From contig NW_018406858.1 of the NCBI RefSeq assembly GCF_002113885.1, positions 499,363 to 563,362 on the forward strand: 64,000 nt of DNA, written 5' to 3'. Of this stretch, positions 37,201-46,200 are shown piece after piece. How positions within the stretch are numbered: the first letter of the stretch is position 1; every line of letters starts with the position of its first letter. The notes beneath the pieces were generated by a model. That model was given only the letters and a program-made list of their open reading frames with translations, searched no databases and was not told the origin of the DNA. The DNA comes from Mizuhopecten yessoensis (taxonomy: Eukaryota). Position numbers and translations under genes: made by a program.

Positions 37201-40200
37201 CATCTAAATGACGAGCATTCAGAAAAATACTTGTTTAGGATTACTTTATATGATAAAAGCTATAGTATTCCTACATTGACCAGGAGTACACACATGGTAC
37301 ACAATAGGCCTGCAAGCATCAGTGTACATGTAGGAATTAGATTGATAGTTCGACACATACCTACAATCTTATGAGGTATTGATGAAAGCTGAGCTTGTAT
37401 GCTTATGTGCAAACAATCAAGTGTAGTTATGATATTAAGAATATCGACTGAGTTTTATGATATTGGCTGAAAAATTTAGTCTGGAATATGAGGACAGGCC
37501 AATTTTCCAATCACCATTAAAATATTCTGTAGGTGTTATCTTGACCTTTATCATATGACTTTTAGATATTAATAACTGTGTGGAATTTCTTGAAAGGTTG
37601 AAAACATTAATCGGAAATGAATTTCCAATTATCCTATCATCATACAAGATTCTGTAACTGTGACCTTAACCTGGAACATATGACCTTGACCTTCGACAAG
37701 TCTTTCGAGATTAACATATGGAAAAGTTGTGTGAAGGTTACTGAAATTTGGTTGAAAGTAATTTACAGACAAGCCAACTTCCAAAGATTCCCATCAACAT
37801 ATAAGATGCTGCAACTGTGACCTTGACCTTAAACGTATGACATTGATCTTCATTGACCAATGGACTGATTAACAGACAGGATGATGCCAATACAAATTAC
37901 ATGTATATTGGATAACCAATTATATGACAAAATATCTTATTATACAAATTGACACACAGGCCCTTGACGATAGTACCAAGCACTGATATAAAGGTCTGAT
38001 TGCACTATACATTGGCCAACAGGCTAGGTCTGATGGTATTAATTGACACAGAGTATTTATATAGTCACTTGCTATTCAGGTGTTGTAATGTTAAATAATG
38101 GTACTTACATTTCTCTGGTTCACAGAGGCTCCCTTCCTTAGTAGGTAGTCAGCTGTCTGATATCAAGACACAAAAGCTCTATCATAAAATAGAAAATGAT
38201 AACGGATCATCCTGGTTTTAAAGTATAACTGGTACTACAACTATGACAAATATTGGAGCTTATAAAAGTCTTAAAATAAAATAGACTATGGGGCAAGAGC
38301 TCATACTAATTTGATACTATTCTGTAGTCTGTGTACCTGAAGAAACACACTTGTCAATTAAAACACTTGACATCTACCTATGTAGTCTGTGTACATACAG
38401 ACACACACCTGTCAATTAAAACACTTGACATGTACCTATGTAGTCTGTGCACCCAAAGACACACACCTGTTAATTAAAACACTTGACATCTAACTATGTA
38501 GTCTGTGTACATAGAGACACACACCTGTCAATTAAAACACTTGACATGTACCTATGTAGTCTGTGCACCCAAAGACACACACCTGTCAATTAAAACACTT
38601 GACATCTACCTGCAGTCTGTGTACCCAAAGACACACACATGTCAATTAAAATCACTTGACATCTACCTATGAAGTGTGTGTACCTTGAGTTTGTTGTTGA
38701 GGATAGCCATGTGGAGGGCAGTGTTGCCTTCGTTGTCTCTGTGTGTCAGCAATCTCTCCTTGCCTGCCAGACCATACAGATTCTCACCTGTCAGGACACA
38801 AAATTATAGCTATATGCTATTTATGCTGGATACCCCAGAAATCTGTTTATTATCTAAAATCCAAATTCAATGTAACAGATTTTGATGTTGATGATACAAT
38901 TCATCTTATGATATAATTGTTATTAATTGAAAAATAGGCCATGCCAATGACCAACCCTTTTGTACATTTACAACTATAAAATTGATTTGAAATAAAATAA
39001 AATGAGTTTAATATAAACATTCCTACCTGTTTTCAACCCCCCCCCCCGCATCTATATGATGTCATCGACATTCCCCACCTGTTGTCAAAAAAATTCCCAT
39101 CTGTTGTCATCGACATTCCCCACCTGTTTTCAAAACATCCCCCTTCTGTTGTCATCGACATTCCCCATCTGTTGTCAAAAACATCCCCATCTGGTGTCAT
39201 CGACATTCCCCACCTGTTGTCAAAAACATTCCCCATCTGTTGTCCCCGACATCCCCCCCCCCTGTTGTCAAAAATATTTCCACCTGTTGACATCGATATT
39301 TCCCAAATGTTGTCATAAATATTTCTATCTGTTGTCATCGATATTTCCCACCTGTTGTCATAAATATTTCCACCTGTTGTCATCGACATTCCCCACCTGT
39401 TGTCAAAAACATTCCCATCTGTTGTCTTCGACATTCTCCACCTGTTATCAAAAACATTTCCACCTGTTGTCATAAATATTTCCACCTGTTGACATCGATA
39501 TTTCCCACCTGTTGTCATAAATATTTCCACCTGTTGTCATCGATATTTTCCACCTGTTGTCATAAATATTTCCATCTGTTGTCATCGATATTTCCCAACC
39601 TGTTGTCATCAACATTCTCCATCTTTTTTCAAAAACATCCCAACCTGTTGTCATCAACATTCTCCATCTATTTTCAAAAACATCCCAACCTGTTGTCATC
39701 AACATTCCCCAACTATTTTCAAAAACATCCCAACCTGTTGTCATCAACATTCTCCATCTATTTTCAAAAACATCCCAACCTGTTGCCATTAACATTCCCC
39801 ATTTATTTTCAAAAACATCCCAACCTGTTGTCATCAACATTCCCCATCTATTTTCAAAAACATCCCAACCTGTTGTCATCAACATTCTCCATCTATTTTC
39901 AAAAACATCCCAACCTGTTGCCATTAACATTCCCCATTTATTTTCAAAAACATCCCAACCTGTTGCCATTAACATTCCCCGTCTATTTTCAAAACCGCCC
40001 CAACCTGTTGTCATCAACATTCCTCACCGGTTGTCATCAATGTTCTTTGTCATAATAAATCCTTACCTGTTGCTATAAAGAGCTCTAACAAGTCAATGAG
40101 TTCCTCGACCTGTTGTCATCAACATTCCTCACCGGTTGTCATCAATGTTCTTTGTCATAAGAAATCCTTACCTGTTGCTATAAACAGCTCTAACAAGTCA

Positions 40201-43200
40201 ATGAGTTCCTCGGCAGCAGCGAAGTGAAATACCAGTGTTTCATTGATGTCCTCAGCATAGATATTGGCTCCCCTCTCTACCTGTATGTAAAGTAGAGGAC
40301 AACGCACACTATAACCTGATAAGTAATACACAAGAATATGTGATCTATAAACTACGTATACACATTGATACCATCACGTTTGTATTGTGTTGCCATGGAG
40401 ATCTTAGTCATACTTACAAGCAGTATGGCCATCTTTGTCTGTCGGTGCATCACCGCATCAAAAAGAGGTGTGAGTTCATCCTCATCTACAGCATTAACAG
40501 CGACCTGGGCACCCTCCCCAGTCAGCAATGTCTGTCAACAGACGTCAAGGTCATCACACCATGTAAATAATGAACCATCCTTACCTGTAATCACTTACAT
40601 GGAAGTTTTACCCTATTGGAAGCAGAAATAATACATTTCCCAGGGAAGCATTTGGTTTCTAGATATGATGTGAACATTGTGGGAGAAAAAGGCACCCAAA
40701 ATAGTAATCTTTGGTTATCATGTAATTTTTTCTCTCATTAGTTAATTTCAAGTTGTAAAAGACACTTGGTAACCTTTCCATCTTTGAGCAATTTGAGCTC
40801 TCTCGAGTAAGATACATATTATAACCGAGAATCACTTGTTGGAGACCCTTCATATAGATAACAGTGTACCTATTAATGATCTTACCTGTGCCATTTGTAG
40901 GTTACCATGTCTAGCTGCCAGGTGTAGGGGAGTCTTCATTTTAGCATCTTGACACATCAGTTTAGCATGTGATTGCATTAACAGGTGGGCTGCCTCACAG
41001 TTGTTGTTTCTGGCCGCGGTATGTAGAGGACAGTACCTGTACTGGCCTTCCTTGTTCACGTCTAATAAAACAAAGATTATTTGTTTAATCACTCTGCACC
41101 CTCTTTTAGCAAGATGACCAAATGAAATGAGGTTGCACTGTTGAAAAGGATGTCTCGGCATGGCTTTTAATGAGGGCTCTTGTTCCTTGAATTAAGCCAA
41201 ATTTAGGATTTCAATTTTATGAAACGTTATGTATCAATATGGGGACTCAGATATCCTCCATTGATTTTTTTCAAGGGCAAAATGGCGGTAAATCCTGCAC
41301 TTCCATAGAAATTATTTAGGTAAACTGAGAAATTCCTTTCTTCTATATAATGACACATACAGTACATGTATCCCATTACATTGCGAAAATGATTTCATAT
41401 ATGAATAGGCCTGGTTCCCATACTTTCACCAGTCACAGTTGGGGTACGGGGTACGATGATATTCACAGACAAACATGATAGGAAAGCATTCGGAATGAAT
41501 CCATTATAACCGGTACTGATACTTATCCCATGTTGATGCTTGGTGTGAAATGATACCAAACACGGTCGACGTTACATGTTACTCAATTCAACTGATAACA
41601 AAATATGATGCATCGTATTTGTTTTTTTGTTAATTTTCATTTTCTGTATTCATGACACTTAGCGAATTGTAAATGAGGGGAACATTTCACTTACCGTCAA
41701 AGTAGGAAGCAAGCTAAACTGTCTGCGTTCGCTTCTCTTTAAATACCTTGTTTGAGATACTAACGGATGAAAGTGTACTCTTAAAACGTGTTGTTGCAAC
41801 AAGCATCAGTCCCCATTTCACAAACACGCACTTGAAGATGACTTTTGCTTTCAGAGAAATGATCAAGAAGGGAAGGACATCGAGGAGGTAAACGACTAAA
41901 CCGTACCAGCAAAGACACGGTTTACTTATTACCTTAAGTACATGTAGTAGAGCAGTTTGTTGCTGTATACGCCTTTGACTATAAGCGATGGCGGCATTCT
42001 TTTGGCAAACTACGAACATTTAATTTAGTCTATGATAAAATGGTAATACCCTGAGTCTGCAATGTTAAATCAGTTAATTTGTTAGGTACCAACGACAGAG
42101 TTTCCCTGCCCGCTACAATTTTTTGAAGCCTTAAATGTTATAAAGGAATCTTCCTCCAAACCTCCTCTAACCAAACTTGCAGAACTGTCCTTGTAATACC
42201 GAATGTTACATGTTCTTTTCGTTATTTGGTCGAACCACCTTACCATGGCAAAACTATTTTGTTAGAGGGAACTAGTTTTCTATAATTTCACGAGAGAATG
42301 CCGCCGATGCGTTATCTATGCTGTCTACAGCAGCAAACTTTATCATTACTTTGACTAGAATCCCCCTCCCCTCCTTCCTTCTTGATCAAAAATATAAGTC
42401 ATAGTCGTGTGTCTCGTCGCTAAACTTTGAGTGGTGCCCTGCGTGTTGCAACAACGCATGTGAACTTAATTCGTTTTGTCTTTGGTGAAACCTGGAGCAG
42501 GACACTTAAAGGGAGACGGATATAGACATTTTCTCTGGATCCATACTGGCGGGCTTCCTGTTTTGACCGTAAGTGAGATTTATTCCTCATTTGCAATCCG
42601 TTAGGTGTCATGAAAACAGAAATTATATGTTGATAATACACAAAACGATACACACGTGGCATTGTATTGTGTCGTCCGTGGTTGGTGTTGTTTTACGTTA
42701 AGCATGGAAGTGCGCCTATTTTTGTTGATTTAGTTTTGGTTTAATTCATAATCTAGCTCAATACTAATGTACCAAATATATGTTTTTCGGAAGACGTGAT
42801 AAATAGATGTGAGAAATTCTCAGATAATGCTGTTTTTACAAATATTTGGGTTCGTTCTTGGATATGATCATACCCAAATTACTACGATAGGGGAAAAGTT
42901 GTGTTGTGCACGAATGCTTGTACATTTCATGCGGTTCTGAATTTAAAATCAGTCATAATCCAACTATTTTGTTTCTTGCATTGAAATGGGCAATGTATCA
43001 TAACAGAAAAGAAACAAAAAAAAATTCACTTGATTTTTGCCACATGCAATGCTTTATTTGACACTGTTAAATAATGAATTTGGCTCATTTCACAGTGGTA
43101 TGTGTGTTTTAAAATTCAACAAGATTTAATGTGAATCCCTGGTTCAAACTTAGTTATTTTATAATTTAAATTCTAGTCCATTGGTTCTGCTTCCGGACAA

Positions 43201-46200
43201 AATAAAGTAACGCTATATCAATAACATTTCTGAAAATGTTGTTCGAAATATGAAGAGAGTACCCTCCTTGGCCCACGTCTAGTGTCTGTAATGGGTTACA
43301 ATATGAAGAGAGTCCCCTCCTTGGCCCACCTCTAGTGTCTGTAATTGGTAACAATATGAAGAGAGTACCCCACTTGGCCCACGTCTAGTGTCTGTAATTG
43401 GTTACATTATGAAGAGAGTACCTCCCTTGGCCCACGTCTAGTGTCTGTAATTGGTTATATATGAAGAGAGTACCCCCTTTGGCCCACGTCTAGTGTCTGT
43501 AATTGGTTACAATATGAAGGGAGTACCCCCCTTGGCCCACGTCTAGTAAAGTAACGCTATATCAATAACATTTCTGAAAATGTTGTTCGAAATATGAAGA
43601 GAGTACCCTCCTTGGCCCACGTCTAGTGCCTGTAATTGGTTACATTATGAAGAGAGTGCCCTCGTTGGGCAATGGCCGACGTCTAGTGTTTGTAATTGGT
43701 TACAATATGAAGAGAGTACCCTCCTTGGCCCACGTTTAGTGTCTGTAATTGGTTACAATATGAAGAGAGTACCCACCTTGGCCCACGTCTAGTGTCTGTA
43801 ATTGGTTATATATGAAGAGAGTACCCCCTTTGGCCCACGTCTAGTGTCTGTAATTGGTTACAATATGAAGGGAGTACCCCCCTTGGCCCACGTCTAGTGT
43901 CTGTAATTGGTTACAATATGAAGAGAGTACCGCTTCCGGACAAAATAAAGTAACGCTATATCAATAACATTTCTGAAAATGTTGTTCGAAATATGAAGAG
44001 AGTACCCTCCTTGGCCCACGTCTACTGTCTGTAATTGGTTACAATATGAAGAGAGTCCTCTCCTTGGCCCTCGTCTAGTGTCTGTAATTGGTTACATTAT
44101 GAAGAGAGTCCCTCCCTTGGCCCACGTCTAGTGTCTGTAATTGGTTATATTATGAAGAGAGTACCCTCCTTGGCCCACGTCCAGTGTCTGTAATTGGTTA
44201 CTAGTGTCTGTAATTGGTTACAATATGAAGGGAGTACCCCCCTTGGCCCACGTCTAGTAAAGTAACGCTATATCAATAACATTTCTGAAAATGTTGTTCG
44301 AAATATGAAGAGAGTACCCTCCTTGGCCCACGTCTAGTGTCTGTAATTGGTTACAATAAGAAGAGAGTCCCCTCCTTGGCCCACGTCTAGTGTCTGTAAT
44401 TGGTTATATTATGAAGAGAGTACCCTCCTTGGCCCACGTCTAGTGTCTGTAATTGGTTACAATATGAAGGGAGTACCCTCCTTGGCCCACGTTTAGTGTC
44501 TGTAATTGGTTACAATATGAAGAGAGTACCCCCCTTTGCCCACGTCTAGTGTCTGTAATTGGTAACAATATGAAGAGAGTACCCCCCTTGGCCCACGTCT
44601 AGTGTCTGTAATTGGTTACAATACGAAGAGAGTCCCCCCCTTGGCCCACGTCTAGTGTCTGTAATTGGTAACAATATGAAGAGAGTACCCCCCTTGGCCC
44701 ACGTTTAGTGTCTGTAATTGGTTACAATATGAAGAGAGTACCGTTACAATATGAAGAGAGTCCCCACCTTGGCCCACGTCTAGTGTCTGTAATTGGTTAC
44801 ATTACGAAGAGAGTCCCCCCCTTGGCCCACGTCTAGTGTCTGTAATTGGTAACAATATGAAGAGAGTACCCCCCTTGGCCCACGTCTAGTGTCTGTAATT
44901 GGTTACAATATGAAGAAAGTACCCCCCTTGGCCCACGTCTAGTGTCTGTAATTGGTAACAATATGAAGAGAGTACCCCCCTTGGCCCACGTCTAGTGTCT
45001 GTAATTGGTTACAATACGAAGAGAGTCCCCCCCTTGGCCCACGTCTAGTGTCTGTAATTGGTTACAATACGAAGAGAGTCCCCCCCTTGGCCCACGTCTA
45101 GTGTCTGTAATTGGTAACAATATGAAGAGAGTACCCCCCTTGGCCCACGTCTAGTGTCTGTAATTGGTAACAATATGAAGAGAGTACCCCCCTTGGCCCA
45201 CGTTTAGTGTCTGTAATTGGTTACAATATGAAGAGAGTCCCGTCCTTGGGCAATGGCCAACTTCTAGTGTTTGTAATTAGTTACAATATGAAGAGAGACC
45301 CCTCCTTGGCCCACGTCTACTGTCTCTAATTGGTTACAATATGAAGGGAGTTCCCCCCTTGGCCCACGTCTAGTGTCTGTAATTGGTAACAATATGAAGA
45401 GAGTACCCCCCTTGGCCCACGTCTAGTGTCTGTAATTGGTTACATTATGAAGAGAGGACCCCCTTGGCCCACGTCTAGTGTCTGTAATTGGTTACAATAC
45501 GAAGAGAGTCCCCCCCTTGGCCCACGTCTAGTGTCTGTAATTGGTAACAATATGAAGAGAGTACCCCCCTTGGCCCACGTCTAGTGTCTGTAATTGGTAA
45601 CAATATGAAGAGAGTACCCCCCTTGGCCCACGTCTAGTGTCTGTAATTGGTTACAATATGAAGAGAGTCCCCTCCTTGGGCAATGGCCAACTTCTAGTGT
45701 TTGTAATTAGTTACAATATGAAGAGAGTCCCCTCCTTGGCCCACGTCTACTGTCTCTAATTGGTTACAATATGAAGGGAGTTCCCTCCTTGGCCCACGTC
45801 TAGTGTCTGTAATTGGTTACAATATGAAGAGAGTCCCCTCCTTGGCCCACGTCTAGTGTCTGTATAATTGGTTACAATATGAAGAGAGTCCCCAACTTGG
45901 CCCACGTCTAGTGTCTGTAATTGGTTACAATATGAAGAAAGTACCCCCCTTGGCCCACGTTTACTGTCTGTAATTGGTTACCATATGAAGAGAGTCCCCA
46001 ACTTGGCCCACGTCTAGTGTCTGTAATTGGTTACAATATGAAGAGAATCCCCTCCTTGGCCCACGTCTACTGTCTGTAATTGGTTACCTGCAGTATGTTG
46101 TATTAGCACCGACATGACAGCCACAGCGTTGTGTTTGGCTGCCAAATGTAGAGGAGAGTTCCCTAAGTTATCCACCTCATTGACGAGATCAGAAGACTGA

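Noticed and set aside
39033-40055. ORFs of 139-190 aa on both strands
   Set aside because: Translations of the intronic minisatellite
43247-46087. CRISPR-like appearance of regular repeats here and elsewhere
   Set aside because: Head-to-tail units without unique spacers, no cas genes, and a eukaryotic intron context
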